A DNA stretch of 64,000 bases from Patescibacteria group bacterium. GTDB lineage: Bacteria; Patescibacteriota; Patescibacteriia; PEXW01. The position numbers and the translations under genes were made by a program. Under the pieces are notes generated by a model that had not been told where the DNA came from, made no database searches, and saw only the letters and a program-made list of their open reading frames with translations. The stretch lies in contig JBBTVB010000002.1 of NCBI GenBank assembly GCA_038063455.1, positions 193,296 to 257,295 on the forward strand. The letters run 5' to 3'. The stretch's first letter is position 1; each line of letters begins with the position of its first letter. Shown here piece by piece: positions 17,601 through 25,581 of this stretch.

Positions 17601-20600
17601 TACCGGCGACCGTGAGGTCTGATGTTTGCAAGGTAACGTTGCCGGAACCTGAAGGGGTAATGGTTAGATTGTTGAGGGTTTGACCCGCGCCAACAATAGT
17701 TTTGCCGGTTCCGCGCATCTGCACGGTTGAGGAGCCGGCGGTAATGGTGCCGCCGGTGAAATCCAAATTGCCATCAATATAGTGGTTCGCATTCGCTAGG
17801 GTAATGGAACCCGAAAGCGTGACGTTGTAGAGCGACCCGGACGAAGTAAGGGTCTTGGCACTCCCATTCATAACCAGCGTATTATTGGTACTGCCAGAGT
17901 AGCTCCCGCCGCTCAAGTCCACGTTCCCGCTCACCGTCCAGGTACCCGAGCCGCTTGCAATTGCTTCTGCCTCGGCACCCGTTCCTGTAAAATCTAGGTT
18001 GCCACCAATGGTAATCGTGGGGTTGTTTGTGGTGCCACTTAACGTTAATACCGACTCGAAATCTGGACCATCGGCAATAAGGTATAGGTGGGAGCTGGTA
18101 CCAGAAAGCGTGTACGTGCCGCTGGCCAGCGTAAAGGTGGGTGAGCTGGCGGCATTGTTGTATAGCTCTACTCTGCCGTTATAGGTTCGAGCGTCTAAGG
18201 TGGTGCTGGCAATGTTTCCAGCCGAGGCATCAAACCGAGTTACGCAACTAATTGTGCCGCCAGTGCCGGGGCCGCCTGCAGTATCGGTAAACCGCAGAGT
18301 GCCTGCATCCCCAATGGTTCCGCTATTAACAATATTTGGGCTACCCGTCACTGTAATGGTCACGCCGGTATCAATGCCAAGAAAGTCTGAGTTCGAGACT
18401 GAAAATTGATTCGAAACCGTAAAGCTACTGCCTGCGCAGTGCGCCTTGGCGCCTGGATTACTATGAAAGTCTATATTGTAAAAGGTATTACCCGCACCAT
18501 AGAAGGTTGGGCTGCTTTCAGCACAACTCGACCCATTTGCAGAGGTTTGCATCAGTAGGGTATTCCCGCTTGTTGCCGTATACGTGCCGCCCGTAAAATC
18601 TACAATACCTGACATTGTCCAGGTGCCCGTACCAGACTGAATGACTTCGGAGCTCGTGCCCGTGCCGGTAAAGTCCAAGCCGTCGCTAATGTTGATGGTT
18701 GGATTATTGGTCGTGCCGGTGAGCGTGACATTCCCCGGGCTGGCACCGTCGGCAATGACGTGGAGAGAGGAAGCGATGTCGTACGTTCCCGAAGCCAGCG
18801 TCACCGTGCGGGCCGTGGTGCTATTAGAATAGACTTCCAGCAACCCGCCATAAATGCGAGCGTCCAGCGTGGTGGAAGCGATGTTGCCGCTGGTGGCAAC
18901 GTAGCGCACGTTAGCATTGAGCGTGCCGCTGGTGCCCGGGCCGCCGGACGCATCGGTAAAGGCGAGCGTGCCAGCCCCGCTGATGGTACTGGAACTATTG
19001 CCCCAGGTGAGTGTGGCGCCGGTGTGCGTCAACGTTCGGCCTGAACCAATCGAAAGCGTATCATTGGATGCAATCGTGAGGGTGTTCGCAACGGTGAGAT
19101 CGCTGGTGCTCAACGTAATGGTGCCGGTGGAACTGGGGTCGATAGTCAAAGCGTAAATAGTGGCACCGCCACCCACCAGCGAACCAGCAGTACCGACCAT
19201 CGTAATGGTATTGCTGCCATGCGTCACCGATGCGGGCAAAGTGAGATTATTGTTTATTGTAAAATTAGAGGCAAACGTGGGTGTGCCGGACAACGTAAGG
19301 TTATAGAAGGTGGTGGAGCCGGAAACGCCGCCAATGCTGCCCGTGCCGGAAACGGTGACAGTTGGGACGCCCGAAGTAGTGGTTATGACCCCGGTACCCG
19401 CATTGGTAATGTCCCCGCCGCTTACCGTGGTGTCGGCATTAATATTGAGCGTGGCACCGGTGTCCACAATCACGTCGCGGCCAATCGCATTTGTAGCGTT
19501 TCCCAAGGTCACGGTCGCACTGTCGTCCAGGTGCAAGTCGCCGCCGGTAGCATTCGTGGTAACGGTGCCGCCAGGGTCAAAGGTGTCGCCTGTCCAAATG
19601 TGCAACTCTATGCCACTGCTAACGGTGAGAGTGCCGCTGTTTGACGTAAAGCCAATTTCCGTGTCCGTGCAGTTTGTTCCAGTGTCGTTGTCACAGCTAG
19701 ATACATTAGCGTTCGTCACCGATCCGGTATGCTCGTTACGAAAGATGGTACGGTTTTGATAAATAGATAAACCCGTACAGTTTAGGTAACCAGTACACGT
19801 ACTGCCGTACTTAAGGACGAGAGATCCATCGGCCGTCGCACCGTTAATCCATATAGTCAGTATATCCCCAACGGTTGGCACCGTTACCCCGGTAATCGAC
19901 CAGTTCCCCGAGCCATCCGTGCCATCGGCATCCGAGAACGTACTCCCTGTGGTGGAGTTGACCAGTTTGATAGAGCCACCGCTGCTATTCAGCGTAGAAC
20001 CCGACTCGTTAGTGTATGCAACCCCCGAAACCGTAATGCTGGTAAAGTAGGTAATTTCAATATACGGATCGCTACCTGTTCCAGTGAATTCCTTGGAGGC
20101 AAAGTGGTCCAGATTGTTTCCCGAAGCCACGTACCCAGAAGGATTGAACAATACAAAGTCTACAGCGCTGCCCCAAGTGAGGCCGGCAATGCTATTGGTG
20201 GCTCCCGAACCGTTGAGCGTCCAGGTATACCAAGCATCAGCTGTGCCGTTGCCTGTGAGCGCGGTGGAGTCTACAATGGTGCCGCTGTAGTCGCCACCGG
20301 CACTTGCCCAGTTATTCGTGCCATCGTACCGGTTCCAGGTAACGCCCGTTGACCCAACGGCGGTGTCACACACACTGCCTTCGGTAAACGCCTGCGTGAG
20401 TTCGTGCAGTTCGTACGATCGCGACGTTGCTGAATTGCCGCCAGAATATGTGGATACATCGTAGCGATAGAGGTACAAGTCAATGTTGGTAATGGTTCCG
20501 GAACCCGATGTCAGCGTCCAGTCCATGACCGGCCGGTAGTTGTACACTGCGTCGTCTAGAATGCGACCGGCGTGCAAGTACGTGCAGCTCCCATATCCGC

Positions 20601-23589
20601 GGGTCGGCAGCGACAAGCGCATATGGCTGTCGCGACTGTTAGTCGAGCCGGTATCGATGTCGTCAACCAACACTTGCGGATACTGCAGACCCGTCGGTAT
20701 TTGCACGTAGACTTTCGTGCCGTCCAAAACGAACTTAGAGCGTGTTATAAGTGCTTCATCAACACAGGTTTTGCGCGTGCACTCACGCATCAGTCCAGAG
20801 TCGGCATCTGGCAAACCAGTAACGATGCCATCTGGGTATACCTGGTGGATTTCTTCACTGGTCAGCTCTGCGTTCTTTACAGACAGTTTTAGAAACGGCC
20901 GACGATCGGGTTGAAAAAAGTAGGGTGTTTCAAAAAACCACAGATTCGTGCCGCGCTTGTCGGCAACATTAATTACTTGTCCGTCTGCAGACACCGAAAG
21001 CACGGCCCACTCTGGTAGCTCAACGTACAACTGCCGACCATCGGCTGGGGCGGTGCTCACGAGAATTTCACCAGGCGGTGGTATGTTTGGCAGCGGCTGG
21101 TACGCCGTACCGTCGAAGTAGTTAAGATAGTTTGCGCTCTGTACGCGAATATTTTCGTTCTCGCTCTTCCGAAAATCCACAGAATCGGCTGTTCGCTCAG
21201 TCGGGACCTCGGGCATGCGTCGGTCGCCAGAATAACGCTTGCGAAGTTCGGCGACATTTGGCTGTACCGCATCGTCAAAAGCGGCAATTTTGCCCAGCGT
21301 CGAAGTTTCAAAAATGATGGAATCACCGGTATTTGTGAACGGTACATCCAGTGGTTCCCAGGCGGTACAACTGCCGTCGGCGGCTTCGGTGGCACAAATT
21401 TTAAGCGCATTTACAAAACCATTTTTGGGCAGCTCAATGCGAGTTTGGGTCACTGTTCGGCGCGGTTCATCAATAGTTGCGGACTTCTGGTTTGGCGAAT
21501 CGGCAGGTGATGGCCGAGTGCGAAGAAGGCGGTGGTCTGCCCTGCCTTCGGTTTGCAATATGCGGGGCAGGATTTGCAAGTCATCCGACGCAATTTGCCA
21601 CTGCCGGCTTTCTTGGTAATCCTCCACCTTCGCTCCACCCTCCGTAGCAGAGCTACTGCGGAGGACGGGCAAGGCTTCAGTGGACGAAGCCACCCGCACG
21701 GGCCCAAGGCGGAACAATTCTGGACTAATATCCGGCGCATCGTATCGGTAAGTTAAGGTATGTGTGGTGCGGGCTACCCAGTCTACCTGCCAGCGAATAG
21801 TGGTGCGTTGCTGGCTCTTTATAATTTTGCCGCCATCGCTTACGTTAAGTATCTCGAAAGAGGGCGGCACGTAGTCTTCGACCACGCCAGTAAAATCTTT
21901 TTGCGGGCGCACGTCTAAGGCCATGGTGTAGGCCGCGGGCGGGTAAATGCGCATGCTGCCCCGGCGGCTTATGGCAAAGGGGATAACCGCGTCGACAACA
22001 ACCGTATCCGTAATGGTGTACTCGCCACTGGCCGTCTTGGCCGTGAGGGTTACGGCGTAGCTGCCTTCGTCAAAGGTCTCGTACTCGGCACTGTAGTCCG
22101 CTACGTCGGTCACGTTGTCTGGCCCACAGGTAGCAGAACGCTTAACGCCGTCTTTTTCCTGCTCGGTGGTTTGCACGCTCTTCGTCCCGTCGGGCGCAAC
22201 CACAGTGAGCACCAGCTTGGCATCGCACAGTGTATGGCCCTCGGGGTCCAGCACGCCCATCCCAAACTGCACAGTTTCACCGGGCCAGTACACCGAGCGG
22301 TTCATGTTAATAACCAACACGCCCCAGGTGAACTCTGTAGTCACAATGGCTAGCTTGTTGTCTTGCAACACGGTTACCTGGGCAGTGTACTTGCCGGGCT
22401 TGGTAAATTTGTCGGTATGAATGTTGAGTTTGGCGTAGGTACTGCTCCCTTCGGTAACATTCTGTACATCAAAACTTGCTACCTGCACGGTGCCTTCGGG
22501 TGTAGTTACCTGCACTTCATCAACGGTTCGCTTGGTGTCTTTGAAGCCCAAAAACTTTAGGCGGGCTTGCTTCTGCACTTCCACCTTCACCACGGGCTCT
22601 TCGTTGGTGGGTACGTCGTGCTTTTCGACCTGCACCACATTGGCAGGCAGATTGAGCGCCTCGGCCGAAACCACTTGGCGCACGGCGACATGCAAGGCCA
22701 TGCCATCGACATACGCGCGGACAGTTTTCTCCGTGGGCACGCTGGCAAACCGGACGCGTACTTGCAAGCTCGACAGATTGTCCTGGTTGAGCGCGGGGAA
22801 TGGGTACGTCCGGTACCCGCCATTGCTCGCGTTGCTGGTGTCTTCAGTGAGAAAGAACGATTCAAGCGTCGACCACTGGCTGCCGTCTAAGCTCGATTCA
22901 ATGACGAGTGCATCAACACTTTCGGCATTCCCCAGGCCGCCGAGTGAAACCTGCAGGTCAATATTTCGAACATCGACGCCAGTTGGGAAGTCATCTGGCA
23001 GGGCAAAGCCGCGGCATTTTAGGATTGGTTCGCCCACTGGTGCATCCGCACTCTTGCGGCTAGCAATGCTGGCGCTATTCGACGCACTAAAACTGCCCAC
23101 ATCGCTACTCCCAAGCAAGTCGAGGGTTGTCGCTTTGCCGGCATCTTGCCAACCCGTGCAGGCAGTGGGCGAAATGTTGTACGAACGGCTGGTACTTTGC
23201 GCGTGGCCCAAAAAACCAAAGCCGAACACCGCAACGATTGCCAGCATGCCTGCGGATTGCAGCAGCGTGCGTTGGAAAAAAAGTTTTAACGCTACCGCCG
23301 CCCTAACCTGCGCCCGATGGCGACGCAACGCCAGCATGCGTAGGGTTTGATGCTGCAGGCGCTGCGCCTGGGTCAAACGCGGACGGCTTCGTACGGCTTG
23401 CACAACACCGAAATGCTTTTGCGGAACAACTTTTTTTGGCGTGGTACTTTTTGCTCGCACGCGTGCAGACCGCAAGCCTATGGGTTTGTTCTTAGTGTAT
23501 CGTGTTGTGCCAATTTTTTTCACAAATTTTTGTGTGTCACTGTAGAAAAATCCACTATATATTATGCCAAATTTCAGCTCAAACCACAA
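14614..23589 (-). CDS. giant (2991-aa) surface protein: beta-helix-like T/S/G/N-rich repeats, DNRLRE-like segment, WxL-like C-terminal module
   Basis: Uninterrupted ~9.0 kb ORF. The first start is TTG at 23589; an alternative ATG at 23337 precedes the only N-terminal hydrophobic helix (MLAIVAVFGFGFLG). Contains VTWNRYDGTNNWASAGGDY (DNRLRE-like). The C-terminus ..TAVTYIVTGTF is homologous to that of 13266..14375. Confidence 0.85.
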   Translation of the reverse strand: MWFELKFGIIYSGFFYSDTQKFVKKIGTTRYTKNKPIGLRSARVRAKSTTPKKVVPQKHFGVVQAVRSRPRLTQAQRLQHQTLRMLALRRHRAQVRAAVALKLFFQRTLLQSAGMLAIVAVFGFGFLGHAQSTSRSYNISPTACTGWQDAGKATTLDLLGSSDVGSFSASNSASIASRKSADAPVGEPILKCRGFALPDDFPTGVDVRNIDLQVSLGGLGNAESVDALVIESSLDGSQWSTLESFFLTEDTSNASNGGYRTYPFPALNQDNLSSLQVRVRFASVPTEKTVRAYVDGMALHVAVRQVVSAEALNLPANVVQVEKHDVPTNEEPVVKVEVQKQARLKFLGFKDTKRTVDEVQVTTPEGTVQVASFDVQNVTEGSSTYAKLNIHTDKFTKPGKYTAQVTVLQDNKLAIVTTEFTWGVLVINMNRSVYWPGETVQFGMGVLDPEGHTLCDAKLVLTVVAPDGTKSVQTTEQEKDGVKRSATCGPDNVTDVADYSAEYETFDEGSYAVTLTAKTASGEYTITDTVVVDAVIPFAISRRGSMRIYPPAAYTMALDVRPQKDFTGVVEDYVPPSFEILNVSDGGKIIKSQQRTTIRWQVDWVARTTHTLTYRYDAPDISPELFRLGPVRVASSTEALPVLRSSSATEGGAKVEDYQESRQWQIASDDLQILPRILQTEGRADHRLLRTRPSPADSPNQKSATIDEPRRTVTQTRIELPKNGFVNALKICATEAADGSCTAWEPLDVPFTNTGDSIIFETSTLGKIAAFDDAVQPNVAELRKRYSGDRRMPEVPTERTADSVDFRKSENENIRVQSANYLNYFDGTAYQPLPNIPPPGEILVSTAPADGRQLYVELPEWAVLSVSADGQVINVADKRGTNLWFFETPYFFQPDRRPFLKLSVKNAELTSEEIHQVYPDGIVTGLPDADSGLMRECTRKTCVDEALITRSKFVLDGTKVYVQIPTGLQYPQVLVDDIDTGSTNSRDSHMRLSLPTRGYGSCTYLHAGRILDDAVYNYRPVMDWTLTSGSGTITNIDLYLYRYDVSTYSGGNSATSRSYELHELTQAFTEGSVCDTAVGSTGVTWNRYDGTNNWASAGGDYSGTIVDSTALTGNGTADAWYTWTLNGSGATNSIAGLTWGSAVDFVLFNPSGYVASGNNLDHFASKEFTGTGSDPYIEITYFTSITVSGVAYTNESGSTLNSSGGSIKLVNSTTGSTFSDADGTDGSGNWSITGVTVPTVGDILTIWINGATADGSLVLKYGSTCTGYLNCTGLSIYQNRTIFRNEHTGSVTNANVSSCDNDTGTNCTDTEIGFTSNSGTLTVSSGIELHIWTGDTFDPGGTVTTNATGGDLHLDDSATVTLGNATNAIGRDVIVDTGATLNINADTTVSGGDITNAGTGVITTTSGVPTVTVSGTGSIGGVSGSTTFYNLTLSGTPTFASNFTINNNLTLPASVTHGSNTITMVGTAGSLVGGGATIYALTIDPSSTGTITLSTSDLTVANTLTIASNDTLSIGSGRTLTHTGATLTWGNSSSTISGAGTLAFTDASGGPGTSGTLNANVRYVATSGNIASTTLDARIYGGLLEVYSNSTTARTVTLASGTYDIASSLHVIADGASPGNVTLTGTTNNPTINISDGLDFTGTGTSSEVIQSGTGTWTMSGIVDFTGGTYTATSGNTLLMQTSANGSSCAESSPTFYGAGNTFYNIDFHSNPGAKAHCAGSSFTVSNQFSVSNSDFLGIDTGVTITVTGSPNIVNSGTIGDAGTLRFTDTAGGPGTGGTISCVTRFDASAGNIASTTLDARTYNGRVELYNNAASSPTFTLASGTYTLSGTSSHLYLIADGPDFESVLTLSGTTNNPTITIGGNLDFTGTGAEAEAIASGSGTWTVSGNVDLSGGSYSGSTNNTLVMNGSAKTLTSSGSLYNVTLSGSITLANANHYIDGNLDFTGGTITAGSSTVQMRGTGKTIVGAGQTLNNLTITPSGSGNVTLQTSDLTVAGTLSITSADDLIVDTSRTLTHTGTTLTLSGTLSGPGRYTYRSTTAFPTGGTLASGIILRFDANGGNQTMSQRTDYQLVEVDNSSTTAGRTLAVGTAGSQTITLAGKLELLNSGTGSSTTIVDLNTNDPTFTVGGNTTIAADTTLTAPSGGALNLKGDYANSGTFTDSGGTVTLNGTGQQTLSATMTGSSDFNVLTITNINGTYTNDSCGTPSAYGVIFAASVTTATLNIATAGVKVQFLAGSTVTVSTTLNLQGGVGNRVVLRSSTTSVWTLAAPVTQTVTYVDVSYSTATGNTVIATDGTSKDCANNTNWTFPTGIDVAGTSNSSGGTVRVAVNSSLQAQTTTLAATWTITGVSVSSGDKVTVYVESAVDAAETTGVTKYDGTGNIGGLALDTNVLTVGSDDNASLVLTDLGLYDNDQSEDIMHTANVSVLTVDGLGGYSTEQLTMKASNTLTIGTTETLATHHLSNAGTLVGTGSATFDVFGNWTNSSTFTHNTTTVNFKSTGTGKTINNGASSFYNVIFNGSGGAWSPLTNTMTVTNDLTMTAGTFDTATGTASVTVNGNVQCGASCGTITMNSAGSNTFTQSVAASKSFGTNVAVATNWTFYNLTFTASSGTPTITFNSTGTGQTIVANTLTTTNSGTSLVVDNETNDRIIDANGAVTIGSGTTLQASSTAAFTVAGNWTNNGDFTDGTGTVTLDGASQQTVDGQLTGASDRFYNLTITNASGSDPVSSPSVIFAAAADTANTFNASTASTKLRFLASGTYTLQHLTLNGQATGTRVALRSSTGGTQWNVNVAGTRAVTYTEVKDSNACGQAPDIDASDGTSHDIGGNSCWNIHTLTFAINDVAVGFGTLSSSAARWASADATGSGSAVAAHTLAITTSAFEGYALTYNGATLTGPETITAATFTGDADGTPGSKQFAMGITTSGSGTIPSAYQQASNNYSFVPSTTTPLLTKTTATTTTETASVYYMCNIATITQPGTYTTAVTYIVTGTF
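17380..19160 (-). repeat. large in-frame tandem repeats inside the giant gene (~220-aa units)
   Basis: GNIASTTLDAR(I/T)Y is encoded at ~18850-18900 and again at ~18190-18240, with a degenerate third unit at ~17383-17442. The flanking units ..TSDLTVA.TL.I.S.D....RTLTHTG.TLT are repeated at ~19010-19140 and ~17521-17640. Confidence 0.6.
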
Positions 23590-23674
23590 TGGAGAAATTT
23601 ACTGCCTCGCGCGTGGTTTTCTCGTTATGCTTTTTCTATAAAAATAGGCCTCATCTGTAGATGAGACCTAAAAA

Positions 23675-23920
23675 TCATTCTTGCTCAGGCAAGCTGCACA
23701 TCATGTGCCAGCGGATAGAGGCTGCTTCCCCAATGTACGTGGGTGGAAGCAACGTTACAGGCAAGTTATGTTTGCAAACAACGGCGCGAAGCTCCTCGTC
23801 ATCCATGCATTCATACGGCTTGCCAGGCGGAATGAGCGGTATGCAATTTCTATCATGCACAGCGATTTTGTTTTTACGAGATGCATTTGAACGTTCTACT
23901 TCTTGTGCAACTTTCGACAT
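23675..23920 (-). CDS. hypothetical 81-aa protein
   Basis: ATG at 23920 is preceded by AGGAGG (GAAGGAGGAAACATG). Four Cys residues. No family recognised. Confidence 0.5.
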   Translation of the reverse strand: MSKVAQEVERSNASRKNKIAVHDRNCIPLIPPGKPYECMDDEELRAVVCKHNLPVTLLPPTYIGEAASIRWHMMCSLPEQE

Positions 23921-23990
23921 GTTTCCTCCTTCGTGAATATGCAATTGTGCTGCGTAGAGTAGCGCCGCACTCTACCCATGTCAATACCTT

Positions 23991-24019
23991 TTGCTAAAGC
24001 AGGGGTTGTGTCGTACAAT
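23991..24019 (+). promoter_or_regulatory. promoter TTGCTA-N17-TACAAT, 7 nt upstream of the recombinase ATG (leaderless)
   Basis: Read directly. Confidence 0.5.
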
Positions 24020-24026
24020 ATCGAGC

Positions 24027-24974
24027 ATGGCCACCAACCTCCCTAAGCTCCTTACCGACTTTCTGGAGTATTTGGAAATTGAAAAAAACGTCTCCCCGCT
24101 CACGGTGAAGAACTACGACTTTTACCTGCGCCGCTTTTTGCAGTGGGGCAAGCTCAAAGAACCGCAGGATATTACCACGGAAAAAGTCCGGCAGTACCGC
24201 TTGTTCCTCAACCGCCTGGTGAGCCAGAGCAAAGAACCGCTGAAGGCCAGCACGCGCAACTACCACCTCATCGCCTTGCGCGCCTTCCTCAAGTACATGG
24301 CCAAACGCGATGTGGCCTCGCTCTCATCAGAAAAAGTGGAGCTTTCAAAACAACCCGAGCGGCAAGTGAGCTTTCTGGAGGGCACGGACCTGGAGCGTTT
24401 TTTAGAAGCGCCACTCAAAATTGAGCAGCAGGACATTGTCAAAATTCGGGATAAGGCGATTCTCGAATTACTCTTCTCCACTGGCCTGCGCGTGTCCGAG
24501 CTAGCGAATCTAAAAAAGGACCAGGTGAACTTAGAAAAAGATGAATTCACGGTGCGCGGCAAAGGCAGCAAGCTCCGCGTGGTGTTTGTAAGCAATACTG
24601 CCCGGCACTGGATTGGCGAGTACCTCAAAAAACGCCGCGATGAGGAAGACTGGCTCTTCCTGCGCCACGACCGCGCCATGAAGCGTTCGGCCGAAAACTT
24701 CAAGCCGCTCACGCCCCGTTCCATCCAGCGCATTGTGCAGTACTACGCCAAAGCCGCCGGCATTACCAAGCGCATCACGCCGCACACCTTGCGGCACAGC
24801 TACGCTACTGATTTATTGATGAACGGCGCAGACATCCGCAGCGTGCAGTCCATGCTTGGTCATGCCTCTATTACCACGACGCAAATCTACACCCATGTCA
24901 CCAACCAGCAGCTGCGGGAGGTCTACAAAGCCTTTCACAATAGAAGAGGAAAAAAGAATAAAAACGAGGATTGA
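24027..24974 (+). CDS. tyrosine site-specific recombinase, XerC/XerD family
   Basis: N-terminal SAM-like domain (FLEYLEIEKNVSPLTVKNYDFYLRRF). Catalytic region ..ELLFSTGLRVSELANL..HTLRHSYATDLLMNGADIRSVQSMLGHASITTTQIYTHV. Start set at MATNL. Confidence 0.9.
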   Translation: MATNLPKLLTDFLEYLEIEKNVSPLTVKNYDFYLRRFLQWGKLKEPQDITTEKVRQYRLFLNRLVSQSKEPLKASTRNYHLIALRAFLKYMAKRDVASLSSEKVELSKQPERQVSFLEGTDLERFLEAPLKIEQQDIVKIRDKAILELLFSTGLRVSELANLKKDQVNLEKDEFTVRGKGSKLRVVFVSNTARHWIGEYLKKRRDEEDWLFLRHDRAMKRSAENFKPLTPRSIQRIVQYYAKAAGITKRITPHTLRHSYATDLLMNGADIRSVQSMLGHASITTTQIYTHVTNQQLREVYKAFHNRRGKKNKNED

Positions 24975-25012
24975 CCCCGCACCACTTTTTTAATTAAAAA
25001 AGTGGTGCGGGG
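24975..25012 (+). terminator. perfect palindromic hairpin after the recombinase stop
   Basis: CCCCGCACCACTTTTTTAATTAAAAAAGTGGTGCGGGG. Confidence 0.7.
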
Positions 25013-25041
25013 TTGACGCTCCGTAAATAAACTCGTAGAAT
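25013..25041 (+). promoter_or_regulatory. promoter TTGACG-N17-TAGAAT for the tRNA cluster
   Basis: Read directly, immediately after the hairpin. Confidence 0.55.
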
Positions 25042-25051
25042 TTTTCGCTAC

Positions 25052-25086
25052 GCCCTGGTAGTTCAACGGATAGAACAGTGGACTTC
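25052..25086 (+). other. tRNA 5'-half-like fragment (acceptor, D-arm and anticodon-stem 5' side only)
   Basis: GCCCTGGTAGTTCAACGGATAGAACAGTGGACTTC parallels the 5' half of the adjacent tRNA-Arg. No matching 3' half was found. Confidence 0.4.
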
Positions 25087-25103
25087 CCCCGCCTGCCTTG
25101 TAC

Positions 25104-25178
25104 GCCCCTGTAGCACAACGGATAGTGCAGAGGACTTCTAAGCCTAAGATGTTGGTTCGACTCCAACCAGGGGCACCA
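25104..25178 (+). tRNA. tRNA-Arg (anticodon TCT), CCA encoded
   Basis: Hand-folded. Acceptor GCCCCTG/CAGGGGC, D-arm GCAC/GTGC, loop CTTCTAA, T-arm GTTGG-TTCGACT-CCAAC. The anticodon stem has two mismatches. Confidence 0.8.
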
Positions 25179-25194
25179 AGGCGGGCGGGGCAGG

Positions 25195-25268
25195 TAAGCC
25201 CAAGATGTAGGTTCGCCCGCCCTCGGCCAAGCCGAAGGCGAGGCCGGGGATTCCTGCCGGGGGTACCA
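25195..25268 (+). other. degenerate copy of the tRNA-Arg 3' half carrying a 34-nt GC-rich insert in the T-loop
   Basis: TAAGCCCAAGATGTAGGTTCG (19/21 identical to the tRNA), then the insert CCCGCCCTCGGCCAAGCCGAAGGCGAGGCCGGGG, then ATTCCTGCCGGGGGTACCA. Confidence 0.45.
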
Positions 25269-25325
25269 GCTCGTTTCGCCGTTCGCACTGCGCACCTGTC
25301 GCGCGGGGACCCCAAATGCATACGA

Positions 25326-25402
25326 GGGCAATTAGCTCAGTTGGTTAGAGCGTCTCGTTTACACCGAGAAGGTCGTAGGTTCGAATCCTACATTGCCCAC
25401 CA
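25326..25402 (+). tRNA. tRNA-Val (anticodon TAC), CCA encoded
   Basis: Hand-folded. Acceptor GGGCAAT/ATTGCCC, anticodon arm TCTCG-TTTACAC-CGAGA, T-arm GTAGG-TTCGAAT-CCTAC. Confidence 0.9.
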
Positions 25403-25581
25403 TGAACCACTCACTCCGTTCGGGTTCATGGCGAGCCAGCAACAACTCGCCAGTTCCTGAATATCAGTAATCAATATAGGAAGTGGTTCATGCCCTGTAC
25501 CCGAGTCCATGGGACGAGTGGTTCAGGGCACACTCTAAATAAAATGCCAGCCTCGTGCAGACCTCATGCTAGAATTGCACC

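Noticed and set aside
24935-25460. ORFs 24935..25321(-), 24990..25331(-) and 25098..25460(+) across the tRNA-Arg/tRNA-Val region.
   Set aside because: They translate tRNA genes and GC-rich hairpin spacers (..WLESNQHLRLRSPLHYPLCYRG.. is an antisense-tRNA peptide). They are not protein-coding.
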